Part shown: positions 31,401 to 40,531 of the stretch, piece after piece
Position numbering within the stretch: position 1 is the stretch's first letter
Layout: each line of letters opens with the position of its first letter
The notes under the pieces: generated by a model
The model's database searches: none
Told to the model about the DNA's origin: nothing
The model's input: the letters and a program-made list of their open reading frames with translations, nothing else
Made by a program: the position numbers and the translations under genes
NCBI GenBank assembly: GCA_037190485.1
Contig: JBBCJB010000045.1
Span: 63,876-127,875, forward strand
From: Parapedobacter sp.
GTDB taxonomy: Bacteria; Bacteroidota; Bacteroidia; Sphingobacteriales; Sphingobacteriaceae
DNA: 64,000 nt
Direction of reading: 5' to 3'

Positions 31401-33022
31401 TGACATCATTCGCGTTTATCGCCGGCCTCATCCCGTTGGCGATGGCTTCGGGCGCCGGCGCGCTTGGCAACCGATCCATTGGCACCACGGCCGTGGGCGG
31501 CATGATCGTGGGCACCATCATCGGCGTCATCGTCATCCCCGGACTTTACGTATTGTTCACGTCGCGGCGGAAGCCCAAACCCGTCAAAACCGGAGCGATG
31601 ATTGCGTTGGCAATCGCTACGCTCGGACTCGTGTCGGGCTGCGCGACACAAAGGTCGCTTCCCGCCCTGCAACACCGCGAATTGCCGGCCGCGTACAACG
31701 GTGGCACGGATACGTCGACAACCGCAAGAACCGAATGGCAACGCTTTTTTGACGACCCGCGCCTTACGGCCCTGATCGACGAAGCGTTGGCCAATAACCC
31801 GGACATCACGAAAGCGCTACGCCATGTTGAAATCGCCCAGGCCAATCTCCGGCTGCGCCGTGCCAGGCTCTTCCCTTCCGTAGACGCATTGGCAGAAGCC
31901 GGGCTGCGCAAGTACGGCTTCTACACGATGGACGGGATCGGGAACTACGACACGAATTTTTCGGACAACCTGCAGGCGGATGAAAAATTGCCGAATCCGC
32001 TGCCCGACTACTTCGTCGGGTTGCGCACCACTTGGGAAATCGACCTATGGGGCAAACTGAAAAGTCGGAAAAAGGCAGCCTACCAGCGCTTCCTGGCCAC
32101 GAACGAAGGGCGACACCTCGTACAAACGACCTTGATCGAAGCCGTGGCGACCGCTTATTACGACCTGTTGGCGCTGGACAGCGAACTCGCGATCCTCCGC
32201 GAAAACAGCAAATTGCAGGAAGATGCACTGGCCATCATCCGCGTCCAAAAGGAAGCGGGTCGGGCCGATGAACTGGGTATCCAGCAATTCGCTGCGGCGG
32301 TGCACCGTTCCAAGGGGCTGGAGCAGGAAGTACTGCAGCAAATCAACGAAACGGAAAACCAGCTGAATTTCCTGCTCGGCCGATTCGGTGGTACGATCTT
32401 GCGCGACACGGCGGCGTGGGCGAACGCCATGGCCGATGCCCTCGCGCCCGGCATCCCGCTCCAACTGCTCATGCACCGTCCTGACGTGCGGCAAGCGAGG
32501 CTAGACCTCCTTGCAGGAAAGTCAGAAACGATCGCCGCAAAAGCCGAATTCCTTCCGTCGTTGGTGCTCTCCCCCTATGTCGGCTTCCAAGCGTTTGACA
32601 TCACTAAATTGATTGCTGCCCCCACATCGATTGCTTACGGCCTGCTCGGGGGGCTCGCCGCCCCACTCTTCGGCCAACGCGCCATCCGAACGGCTTACGA
32701 AATCGCGGAAGCCGAATACGGCGTGGCGTTCCAAGACTACGAAAAAACCGTGCTCAATGCCTGGAAAGAGGTACAGAATGGCCTGAATGCGCAAAACTAC
32801 ATCCAACAGCGCTACACGCACAATAGTCAGGAAGTGGCGGCGCTACGGTTGGCCGTCGATGCCGCGCACACGTTATTCAGGGCCGGGCGGGCGTCTTACC
32901 TGGATATCATCACCGCCCAACGGAGCGCGCTGGACGCGGAAATCAACCTCGTCAAGACGCGGCATGAACAGACCATCACCAAACTGTCCTTGTACAAAGC
33001 CCTAGGCGGCGGCTGGCAATAA
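28472..33022 (+). CDS. HAE1 (AcrB/MexB-like) RND permease fused to an OprM/NodT-type outer-membrane factor
   Basis: Residues about 1-1030: FIRRPV, QFPDIVPP, GIVVDNAIVVVE, GKNAILIVE, RLRPILMTS. Then KPKPVK-hydrophobic-LVSG-C (Cys1057) and an OMF domain ending LYKALGGGWQ; no internal stop. Confidence 0.9.
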   Translation: MLATFIRRPVLSLVISLLITLLGLLALFTLPVTQFPDIVPPSVVVTASYTGANAEVCTDAVAIPLERAINGVAGMTYMTSVSTNNGTTLIQVFFEVGTDPDIAAVNVQNRVTTILDELPEEVIKAGVTTEKEVNSMLMYLNVFSDDVTADERFIYNFTDINILKELKRIEGVGFVQIMGARDYAMRVWLKPDRMAAYRISSEEIIAALRAQNVEAAPGQTGIGSDQRINMQQYVLRYPGKFSEPEEYRDIPIRANADGSILRVRDIADVEFGSLDYEMESKTDGRPSASIMMKQLPGSNAQEVIENVKKRMEELRASTFPPGMKYTVSYDVSRFLDASMSEVMRTLIEAFLLVFLVVFIFLQDFRSTLIPALAVPVCLIGALFFMQLLGFSINLLTLFALVLAIGIVVDNAIVVVEAVHVKMEEDRLPPLEATLAAMKEIGGAVVAITLVMSAVFVPVAFLSGPVGIFYRQFSLTLASSIVISGINALTLTPALCALFLKSPHDKPAPKGWLAAFFKRFNTWYNNVSNGYAGLVGKIAGRRVVTLGLLAGFFVATWGVSSVLPSGFIPTEDQGMIYVNVTTPPGATVDRTIAVLNQVDSISRQHGAVETVSTLAGYSIVTEVTGASYGMGMINLKAWDDRKESVGDVIAWLEQNTGHLMDASIEYFPPPTVPGFGNSSGFELRLLDRTGSDDLARTADVLGDFMAALDETPEVGGTFSTFDPRFPQYLVQVDYDMATKKGISVENAMLTLQTLMGSFYATNFIRFGQLYKVMVQAGPVYREKPEDVLKLYVKNNTGEMVPYSAFMSMERVYGPEQVTRYNMFSSALINGDAAPGHSSGEVIEAVERVAAATLPQGYEIEWSGMTREQILSGNQAIYVFALCLLFVYLILAAQYESFLLPLPVILSLPAGVFGAFLFLKLLGLENNIYAQVALVMLIGLLGKNAILIVEYAILRYKQGATQLQAAIEGAVARLRPILMTSFAFIAGLIPLAMASGAGALGNRSIGTTAVGGMIVGTIIGVIVIPGLYVLFTSRRKPKPVKTGAMIALAIATLGLVSGCATQRSLPALQHRELPAAYNGGTDTSTTARTEWQRFFDDPRLTALIDEALANNPDITKALRHVEIAQANLRLRRARLFPSVDALAEAGLRKYGFYTMDGIGNYDTNFSDNLQADEKLPNPLPDYFVGLRTTWEIDLWGKLKSRKKAAYQRFLATNEGRHLVQTTLIEAVATAYYDLLALDSELAILRENSKLQEDALAIIRVQKEAGRADELGIQQFAAAVHRSKGLEQEVLQQINETENQLNFLLGRFGGTILRDTAAWANAMADALAPGIPLQLLMHRPDVRQARLDLLAGKSETIAAKAEFLPSLVLSPYVGFQAFDITKLIAAPTSIAYGLLGGLAAPLFGQRAIRTAYEIAEAEYGVAFQDYEKTVLNAWKEVQNGLNAQNYIQQRYTHNSQEVAALRLAVDAAHTLFRAGRASYLDIITAQRSALDAEINLVKTRHEQTITKLSLYKALGGGWQ

Positions 33023-33086
33023 ATGTTGGCGGGCGGGCGTTGAATATGAAGCTAATTCACTAATTTAGCCGCGCTAATACTTGCAT

Positions 33087-33965
33087 ATGGAAGCTTACGA
33101 AGCCAGTACGTCCGCCAAAAAGACGAAGTCCGTTTACATCTCCACGGTCATCAGTATTGCGTTGGTGTTGCTCATGACCGGTTTATTGGGGCTGTTGCTC
33201 GTCCACGCCAAGAACCTTTCCAACTACGTGAAGGAAAACATCGTCCTTAACATCATCATGAATGAAGGGGTGAGCGAAGGCAATGTACTGGCTTACCAGA
33301 AGAAACTGGAATCGGATCCCTATGTGCTCCGATCGGACTACATCAGCAAGGAACTGGCCGCGAAAACCCTCTCGGAAGACCTCGGAGAAGACTTCGTATC
33401 GTTCCTGGGCGAAAACCCGTTGCTCTCATCCATCGACATCTACCTCAAGGCTGCGTACGCCAATACGGACAGCATCGAAACCTTCATCAAAAAGGTTTCC
33501 GCCAATGAGATGGTGAAAGAAGTGGTCTACCAGGAGTCGCTCATCGACATGGTGAACAAGAATATCCGCTCCATCGGCATCGTCATCCTGGCGTTTACCG
33601 CATTGCTCCTGGTCATTGCCGTTGCCTTGATCAACAACACCATCCGTTTGGCCATCTACTCGCAGCGATTCTTGATCAAGAGCATGCAAATGGTGGGTGC
33701 CACCCGTGGATTCATCCGGCGCCCCTTCCTTGGCTACGGCATTCTCCATGGCTTGCTCGGCGCGCTCATTGCCATCCTCTTGCTGTTGCTCACCCTGCAC
33801 CTGGGCCAACGCGAAATCCCGGAGTTGGTATTCCTCCGGAATTGGTATGAATTCGTGGCCATCTTCGTTTTGGTCGCCGCGCTCGGCATCCTGATTTCCG
33901 GACTGAGTACGTTCTTTGCCGTCAGTAAATATTTGCGATTGAAATCAAACGAACTGTATAGATAA
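33087..33965 (+). CDS. ftsX: Cell division permease FtsX
   Basis: TVISIALVLLMTG, INNTIRLAIYSQRFLIKSMQMVGAT..FIRRPF. Confidence 0.93.
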   Translation: MEAYEASTSAKKTKSVYISTVISIALVLLMTGLLGLLLVHAKNLSNYVKENIVLNIIMNEGVSEGNVLAYQKKLESDPYVLRSDYISKELAAKTLSEDLGEDFVSFLGENPLLSSIDIYLKAAYANTDSIETFIKKVSANEMVKEVVYQESLIDMVNKNIRSIGIVILAFTALLLVIAVALINNTIRLAIYSQRFLIKSMQMVGATRGFIRRPFLGYGILHGLLGALIAILLLLLTLHLGQREIPELVFLRNWYEFVAIFVLVAALGILISGLSTFFAVSKYLRLKSNELYR

Positions 33966-33971
33966 TAGCTT

Positions 33972-34211
33972 ATGTCAACACCGAAAAAATCCCAACAGCC
34001 ACAAAAGGCGTCGCTTGTATTCGGCAAGCGCAATTATCGGCTTTTTTTGCTGAGTATCGCAGTGGTGATGCTGGGCTTCATCCTCATGATGGGCACAACC
34101 GACATCTACAGTTTCACCAAAATCACGCTGGCTCCGCTCGTTGTCGTCATTGGCTTTGCACTGGGCGTGGTCGCGATATTGATAAAGCCTAAAAGCCCCG
34201 ATAACAATTAA
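33972..34211 (+). CDS. DUF3098-family small membrane protein
   Basis: FGKRNY, two TM helices, ITLAP; typical position between ftsX and uppP. Confidence 0.8.
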   Translation: MSTPKKSQQPQKASLVFGKRNYRLFLLSIAVVMLGFILMMGTTDIYSFTKITLAPLVVVIGFALGVVAILIKPKSPDNN

Positions 34212-35005
34212 TGAGTCTATTCGAAGTGATTGTGCTGGCCATCATCGAAGGCCTCACGGAATTTTTGCCGGTATCGTCTACCGGCCACATGATCATTGCA
34301 ACCGCACTGATGGGTGTCTCCCCCACCCCGTTCGTCAAATTATTCACCATAGCCATCCAATTGGGCACCATCCTATCGGTGCTGGTACTGTACTATAAGC
34401 GGTTTTTCCGCTCGCTGGACTTTTACTACAAACTGGTCGTGGCAGCCATCCCGGCCTCGATCTTCGGCTTCCTATTCAGCGACGAAATCGATGGGCTGCT
34501 GGAAAGCCCCTTGGTGGTGGGCATCACGTTGGTGATCGGTGGCGTGGTCCTCTTGTTCGTAGACCGCTGGTTCAATCGGCCGGTGATCGACGATTCGGAC
34601 GACATCACGTATTGGCAGGCATTGAAAATCGGCTTCTTCCAATGCTTGGCCCTCATCCCGGGCACCTCGCGGTCTGCGAGCACGATCGTAGGTGGCATGA
34701 CGCAGCGGCTGACCCGTAAGGCGGCGGCCGAATTTTCTTTCTTCTTGGCCATCCCCATGATGTTCGGCGCTACCGTACTCAAGCTGAAAAGCCATTTCGA
34801 TGACGGACACGCGCTAAGCAGCCTCGAAATCAACCAACTCGTCATCGGCAATGTCATCGGCTTCGTGGTTGCCATCATCGCGATCAAATCGTTCATCGGC
34901 ATCGTTTCGAAATATGGATTCAAAGCGTTCGGATGGTACCGGATCATCGTTGGAAGCGTCATCATCATCTTGCTGTTGAGCGGCCATAGCCTACAGATCA
35001 TTTGA
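34211..35005 (+). CDS. uppP: Undecaprenyl-diphosphate phosphatase (BacA)
   Basis: IIEGLTEFLPVSSTGH, IQLG, QCLALIPGTSRS, AAEFSFFLAIP, FGWYRI. Confidence 0.96.
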   Translation: MSLFEVIVLAIIEGLTEFLPVSSTGHMIIATALMGVSPTPFVKLFTIAIQLGTILSVLVLYYKRFFRSLDFYYKLVVAAIPASIFGFLFSDEIDGLLESPLVVGITLVIGGVVLLFVDRWFNRPVIDDSDDITYWQALKIGFFQCLALIPGTSRSASTIVGGMTQRLTRKAAAEFSFFLAIPMMFGATVLKLKSHFDDGHALSSLEINQLVIGNVIGFVVAIIAIKSFIGIVSKYGFKAFGWYRIIVGSVIIILLLSGHSLQII

Positions 35006-35757
35006 TGGAAATGCTCCAAAAGGCACAGCGTGCGTTCCATTTTGCCGAGGGCGAAGTGCTGTTGGTCGATAAGCCCATCGGTTGGACATCCTTTCAAGTA
35101 GTCAATAAGCTAAAGTATACGCTCGTTCGCCACCTCGGCCTTCCTAAGCGTTTCAAGATCGGCCACGCGGGTACGCTAGACCCACTGGCAAGCGGCCTGT
35201 TGGTCATATGCACGGGCAAATTCACCAAGCGAATCGCCGAGTTCCAGGATCAGCGGAAGGAATACACGGGTGTGTTCACGCTGGGGGCTACGACGCCTTC
35301 CTATGACCTTGAACTGGAAGTCGACCAGCGGTTCGACATCGCGGGGATAACGCCCGAGCAAATCCATGCGGCGGCGGCGTCCTTTGTCGGCGAAATCGAG
35401 CAAATACCGCCGGTGCATTCCGCCATCAAAGTCGACGGTGAACGGGTATACGAAAAAGCGCGGCGGGGCGAACAGGTAGCACTCAAGCCCCGCAAACTGC
35501 AAATCTACGCCTTTGAGATCATCGGCATCGATTTACCGGATGTTCAATTTCGCGTTTCGTGCAGCAAGGGGACGTACATCCGTTCACTGGCACACGATTT
35601 CGGCAAGGCCCTGGAAAATGGCGCGCACCTGAGCAAGCTTAGGCGAACGAAGAGCGGCGATTTTGACGTTGCCCATGCTTGGCAAGTCACTGATTTGGTA
35701 AACTGCATAAAGGGGGCTACCTTTGCAACATCACATGAAGATATACAGGGATCTTAA
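35005..35757 (+). CDS. truB: tRNA pseudouridine(55) synthase
   Basis: LVDKPIGWTS, KIGHAGTLDPLASG, CSKGTYIRSLAHD, LRRT. Confidence 0.96.
   Translation: MEMLQKAQRAFHFAEGEVLLVDKPIGWTSFQVVNKLKYTLVRHLGLPKRFKIGHAGTLDPLASGLLVICTGKFTKRIAEFQDQRKEYTGVFTLGATTPSYDLELEVDQRFDIAGITPEQIHAAAASFVGEIEQIPPVHSAIKVDGERVYEKARRGEQVALKPRKLQIYAFEIIGIDLPDVQFRVSCSKGTYIRSLAHDFGKALENGAHLSKLRRTKSGDFDVAHAWQVTDLVNCIKGATFATSHEDIQGS
35718..35725 (+). promoter_or_regulatory. Internal -7 promoter element for ribF inside the truB 3' end
   Basis: TACCTTTG ending 10 nt before the ribF ATG at 35735. Confidence 0.55.
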
Positions 35758-36730
35758 CGATTTCATCCCCTTGGACAATGCGGTGGTCACCATCGGCACC
35801 TTTGATGGGGTGCACGTAGGGCATCAAAAGATATTGAGTACGCTGAAGGAATCCGCCCGGGCAAGCGGCGGGGAAACGGTGCTGCTCACGTTCTTCCCCC
35901 ATCCGCGCATGATCTTGCATCCCGAGGACGATAGCCTGCGGCTCATCAGCGATATCGAGGAAAAAGTCATGCTGCTGGCCAATTCGGGCATAGACCACCT
36001 GATCATCACCCCGTTTACCCGTGATTTTTCCAACCAATCGCCCGAAGAATACATCAGGGAAGTGCTGGTGGGGCGAATCGGCACCAAAAAGATCATCATC
36101 GGATACGATCATCGCTTTGGGAAAGACCGGGAAGGTTCGCTTAAAGACCTACTCGATCACGCTGAGATTTATGGCTATACGGTAGAACAGATCCCGGAGC
36201 AAGACATCAACGATGTGGCGGTTTCGTCGACCAAAATCCGCGAAGCGCTGATCAAAGGCGATATCGATACGGCAAACAGCTATTTAGGCTATGCCTTCCT
36301 GTTGACCGGAAAGGTCATCCGCGGCAACCAATTGGGACGGAACATCGGTTACCCCACCGCCAACCTGCAGGTACAGGAACCGCATAAACTGATTCCGGCC
36401 TACGGCATCTATGCCGTGGAGGCCGCCATCATCGAACCCGCTCCCATCAAAACCGGCCGCTACGCGCCCGGCCAACCCGAGCGCGTCGTCCAGGGCATGG
36501 GCTACATCGGAACGAGGCCAACGGTCGATGGTGTGAACCGAAGCATCGAGGTGCACCTATTCAACTTTGGTGCGGATATCTATGGCAAGGCGCTGCAAGT
36601 GAAGTTCCTGCATTTCATCCGACATGACCAATGGTTTGAAACCATGCAGGAAATGGTTGACCAGATGGCCTTGGATGAGGAAAAAGTGAAGGACTTTTTT
36701 CGGTCGTTAGTCGATCCGGCCGGCCACTGA
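35735..36730 (+). CDS. ribF: Bifunctional riboflavin kinase / FAD synthetase
   Basis: TIGTFDGVHVGH, TFFPHP, GYDHRFG, VSSTKIR, GYPTAN, GTRPT, IEVHLF. Confidence 0.97.
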   Translation: MKIYRDLNDFIPLDNAVVTIGTFDGVHVGHQKILSTLKESARASGGETVLLTFFPHPRMILHPEDDSLRLISDIEEKVMLLANSGIDHLIITPFTRDFSNQSPEEYIREVLVGRIGTKKIIIGYDHRFGKDREGSLKDLLDHAEIYGYTVEQIPEQDINDVAVSSTKIREALIKGDIDTANSYLGYAFLLTGKVIRGNQLGRNIGYPTANLQVQEPHKLIPAYGIYAVEAAIIEPAPIKTGRYAPGQPERVVQGMGYIGTRPTVDGVNRSIEVHLFNFGADIYGKALQVKFLHFIRHDQWFETMQEMVDQMALDEEKVKDFFRSLVDPAGH

Positions 36731-36768
36731 TGACTTACGGCCCTCGGCTTACGACCCTCGACTATTAA

Positions 36769-38679
36769 TTAAGCACTGAAATACGCCCGCACGTTCTTCC
36801 CTTCCACCCAATTCATGTAAGCGCGGTTGACCACGCGGTTGCCGCCGGGCGTTGGGTAATCTCCCGAAAAATACCAATCCCCTTTATGGTCGGGGCATGC
36901 GATGTGCAGGTTTTCCAGTTTCTGGTAAATCACTTCCACGTCGGCCCGGATGTGCGTACCCCGGATGATGCCCGCTATCTCCGCCGAAATCTCCTCGTCC
37001 GAAAACGGCGCATAAATCGCCTTGACGTAGTTTTCTACCTGTTCCTTCGGCAATTCCAACGAGGCAACGCACCGGCTATACACTTCTTCGACCACTTCAC
37101 CCATACCGCGCTTGTACAACAGGGAAACCGCCGCCTCAAAGGCCACGAACTCGCCCAATCGAGACATGTCGATACCGTAGCAATCGGGGTAGCGGATCTG
37201 CGGGGCGGAAGAGACGATAATGATCTTCTTCGGATTCAAGCGATCCAGGATGGTCAGGATGCTTTGCTTCAACGTGGTGCCCCTCACGATGGAATCATCG
37301 ACCGCCACGATAGTGTCCTGATGGTCCCTGACGATTCCGTAGGTCGTATCGTATACGTGCTGTACCATATCCTGCCTATCGGCATCCTGCGTGATGAACG
37401 TACGGAGCTTGGCATCCTTGATATTGAGTTTCTCGAACCGTGGCGTGATGCTGAGCATCTCATCCATCTCCTGGTCGGAGATCTTATCGGCACGATTGAG
37501 CAACGTGTCTTTCTGCAGCTTGCGGACATACGCATTGATGCCTTCTTCGAGCCCGTAAAACGCCACTTCAGCGGTATTCGGTATGTAGGAAAAAACCGTA
37601 TTGTTGATGTCCCTATCGATGGCATCCAGGATCTGCGGGCACAACAAATGCCCCAGTTGCTTGCGTTCTTTGTAGATTGCGGCGTCGCTGCCCCGGGAAA
37701 AATAGATCCGCTCGAATGAACAGGACTTTTTCTCCACCGGTTCGCGGAATTGCTCCTCGGTGATGGTGCCGTCCTTTTTGACGATCAACGCATAACCGGG
37801 TTTGATTTCGTTGATCGCTTCAAACTTGACGTTGAACGCCGTTTGGATAGCGGGGCGCTCGGAAGCCACCACGAGTACTTCGTCGTTGACGTAATAATAG
37901 GCCGGCCGGATACCAGCTGGATCACGCATCACGAATGCGTCTCCGTGGCCGATGATGCCGGAGATGGTGTACCCACCATCCCAGGTCTTGGCCGACTTGC
38001 GCAAGATGCGGGCCACGTCGATGTGCTCGGCAATCAACCCGCTTATTTCGACATTGCTATGATCCTGCTTCTTGAAACGATCGAACAACTCCTGGTTCTC
38101 GGCGTCGAGGAAATGGCCGATCTTTTCAAGCACGGTCACGGTATCAGCCTTTTCCTTTGGATGCTGCCCCAGCTCGTATAGTTGTTCGAGCAGCTCGTCC
38201 ACGTTGGTCATGTTGAAATTCCCCGCAATAACCAAGTTTCGGGTCATCCAATTGTTCTGCCGCAAAAACGGGTGGCAACTCTCGATGCTGTTCTTCCCAT
38301 GCGTGCCGTATCGCAAATGCCCCATCAACACCTCGCCGGTGAAACTCGCGTTATTTTTCAGCCACTGGCTGTCGGTAAACCGATCGGGATAAGCGCGCTG
38401 CAAAGCGGCGAATTTACGCTGCACGTATTCAAAGATGTCGGCTACCGCATTCGGAGCCATCGACCGATAGCGACTGATGTAGCGGTTGCCCGGCTTGACA
38501 TCTAGCTTGATGGTGGCAATGCCAGCCCCATCCTGCCCCCTGTTGTGTTGCTTTTCCATCAATAGGTACAGTTTATTGATCCCATACAGGGCCGTACCGT
38601 ATTTATCCTGATAATGTGAAAGGGGCTTTAACAGGCGAATCAGCGCGATACCGCACTCGTGTTTAATAGCGTCACTCAT
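36769..38679 (-). CDS. purF: Amidophosphoribosyltransferase (long Bacteroidota form)
   Basis: HECG N-terminal nucleophile, QHNRGQD, GHLRYGT, CSFERIYFSRG, VDDSIVRGTT, CYGIDM, FSGDYP. Confidence 0.92.
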   Translation of the reverse strand: MSDAIKHECGIALIRLLKPLSHYQDKYGTALYGINKLYLLMEKQHNRGQDGAGIATIKLDVKPGNRYISRYRSMAPNAVADIFEYVQRKFAALQRAYPDRFTDSQWLKNNASFTGEVLMGHLRYGTHGKNSIESCHPFLRQNNWMTRNLVIAGNFNMTNVDELLEQLYELGQHPKEKADTVTVLEKIGHFLDAENQELFDRFKKQDHSNVEISGLIAEHIDVARILRKSAKTWDGGYTISGIIGHGDAFVMRDPAGIRPAYYYVNDEVLVVASERPAIQTAFNVKFEAINEIKPGYALIVKKDGTITEEQFREPVEKKSCSFERIYFSRGSDAAIYKERKQLGHLLCPQILDAIDRDINNTVFSYIPNTAEVAFYGLEEGINAYVRKLQKDTLLNRADKISDQEMDEMLSITPRFEKLNIKDAKLRTFITQDADRQDMVQHVYDTTYGIVRDHQDTIVAVDDSIVRGTTLKQSILTILDRLNPKKIIIVSSAPQIRYPDCYGIDMSRLGEFVAFEAAVSLLYKRGMGEVVEEVYSRCVASLELPKEQVENYVKAIYAPFSDEEISAEIAGIIRGTHIRADVEVIYQKLENLHIACPDHKGDWYFSGDYPTPGGNRVVNRAYMNWVEGKNVRAYFSA

Positions 38680-38696
38680 GTTTTGCTTTGAGTACG

Positions 38697-38704
38697 CAAA
38701 GATA
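38697..38704 (-). promoter_or_regulatory. -7 promoter element for purF
   Basis: TATCTTTG on the minus strand, 17 nt before the ATG. Confidence 0.6.
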
Positions 38705-38744
38705 CGGAAATTATTTTTTCAGTGTGCAAATAAAAAATGTACCA

Positions 38745-38779
38745 AAGAAAAACACCTCCGGGGTAAACGCCGGAGGTGT
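38745..38779 (-). terminator. Terminator of amtB
   Basis: Stem ACACCTCCGG/CCGGAGGTGT followed by TTTTCTTT on the minus strand. Confidence 0.8.
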
Positions 38780-38805
38780 ACGGAAATCGACCTCGGAATA
38801 TGTCC

Positions 38806-40116
38806 TTACAATTTCTCGCCGTGCTGGCTGATATCCAAGCCAATCTCCTCGTCCTCTGGCGAAACCCGCAACTTGGTAATCAAATCCGTAACCTTGAGGA
38901 CAACGAAGGCCATCACCAGCGTAAAGACCACCGCACCGACCAACCCGATAACGTGGGCCACGAACAACCCCGTCTCGCCGAAGAACAGCCCATCGGTCGC
39001 GACCACCCCGTTAATGGTTTTCGTGGCGAATACACCGGTCAGGATCATACCGACCATCCCGCCGACACCATGGCTGGGGAATACATCGAGCGTATCGTCA
39101 ACCCGCGAACGTGTGCGCCATTCGACCACCAACCTACTGATAACGGACGCGACGACGCCGATGATCAACGAATGCGGGACGGTGACGAAGCCAGCGGCGG
39201 GCGTAATGGCCACCAAACCGACCACCACGCCGATGCAGACGCCCATGGCCGTCGGTTTCTTGCCTCGGGCAGCATCGAAGAATATCCAGGCCAGCGCCGC
39301 CGCACCTGACGCCGTGCTGGTGGTCGCCAACGCCGTGGCGGCCAATGCACTGGCCCCGAACGCAGAACCTGCATTGAATCCGAACCATCCAAACCAGAGG
39401 AATCCCGTACCCAATATCACGTAGCTGATACGCGCTGGGTCGTGACCGCCGTTCGCATTGCCCTGTTTCAGGTACAGCGCCGAAACCAATGCCGTCACGC
39501 CTGCCGACATGTGCACCACCGTCCCCCCTGCGAAATCGAGCACACCCATACCGGCCAGCAGACCGTCCGGATGCCAGGTGGCATGCGCCAACGGCGCGTA
39601 AATGAAAATGAAAAAGAGGCAAAGGAACAATACGTAAGACGTGAATCGGATGCGTTCCGCGAACGCGCCAGTGATCAGCGCCGGGGTGATGATCGCGAAT
39701 TTCAATTGATACATCGCGAATAAGGCGAAGGGAATGGTGGGTGCCCCAGGCCAATTCGGGCCGCCGATTACGCCATCGAACATGAAAAACGTAGCGGGGT
39801 TACCGATAATGCCGCCGATGGATTCGCCGAATACCAAACTGAATCCAAAAACAACCCAGAGCACCGCTACGACAGCCATGGAAATGAAACTCTGGAGCAT
39901 CGTGGAAATCACGTTTTTCTTCTTCACCATGCCCCCATAGAAAAACGCCAATCCGGGTGTCATGATCAACACTAACGCAGTCGACGTTAGCATCCATGCA
40001 ATGTCTGCCGTATCGTACTCATGCGCCCCATCAACAGGTATACCCGGATAAAAAAGCGCCAAAACCACGATGACAACCAACAAAACGAAAGGAATTGTAG
40101 ATTTTTTTGAACTCAT
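38806..40116 (-). CDS. amtB: Ammonium transporter
   Basis: LMTPG-like LIMTPGLAFFYGG, FAERI, DFAGGTVVH, WFGWFGFNAGS, DDTLDVFPSHG. Confidence 0.96.
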   Translation of the reverse strand: MSSKKSTIPFVLLVVIVVLALFYPGIPVDGAHEYDTADIAWMLTSTALVLIMTPGLAFFYGGMVKKKNVISTMLQSFISMAVVAVLWVVFGFSLVFGESIGGIIGNPATFFMFDGVIGGPNWPGAPTIPFALFAMYQLKFAIITPALITGAFAERIRFTSYVLFLCLFFIFIYAPLAHATWHPDGLLAGMGVLDFAGGTVVHMSAGVTALVSALYLKQGNANGGHDPARISYVILGTGFLWFGWFGFNAGSAFGASALAATALATTSTASGAAALAWIFFDAARGKKPTAMGVCIGVVVGLVAITPAAGFVTVPHSLIIGVVASVISRLVVEWRTRSRVDDTLDVFPSHGVGGMVGMILTGVFATKTINGVVATDGLFFGETGLFVAHVIGLVGAVVFTLVMAFVVLKVTDLITKLRVSPEDEEIGLDISQHGEKL

Positions 40117-40483
40117 TTGATTTAATATAAGTTAAACTGACCGCAAAGTAGACTAAAAAATATCAAAAACACAAATTTTTATTCATATTTATAAAAATAA
40201 TACAATAAAAACATCAAAAACGAATAAATAAACAAAAATTACACATCATATTTTAGCGAAATCAAAAAACAAAACCGAAAACGAATCAAAATCACGAACA
40301 ACGAGCGAGCACCGAAACGATTCAAAACGCGTCCAACCCCCAACGGCATCCAAATCGGGCGACCTCGGGCAAAACCGGATTCGCTCGGACAATGTGGAAA
40401 ACCTAAATCATGCCATCCCAACCGGTTGCCCCACACGGGGCGTCGGTCCAGCCGCTCCATTAGGCTTTCCTGACAAAAAACCG

Positions 40484-40491
40484 TAAGTTTG
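40484..40491 (+). promoter_or_regulatory. -7 promoter element for dnaE
   Basis: TAAGTTTG about 40 nt before the ATG at 40532. Confidence 0.6.
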
Positions 40492-40531
40492 TTTGGCGTT
40501 TCATCCATTACCGTTTTTTTTTGAGGCAAGC

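Noticed and set aside
33087-35757. ftsX without an adjacent ftsE
   Set aside because: ftsX-DUF3098-uppP-truB is the usual Bacteroidota arrangement
36769-38679. Unusually long PurF with Cys at position 9
   Set aside because: Consistent with the known long Bacteroidota form carrying a short propeptide
40514-40522. T9 homopolymer as a phase-variation or frameshift site in dnaE
   Set aside because: It lies upstream of the likely ATG (40532) of an essential gene
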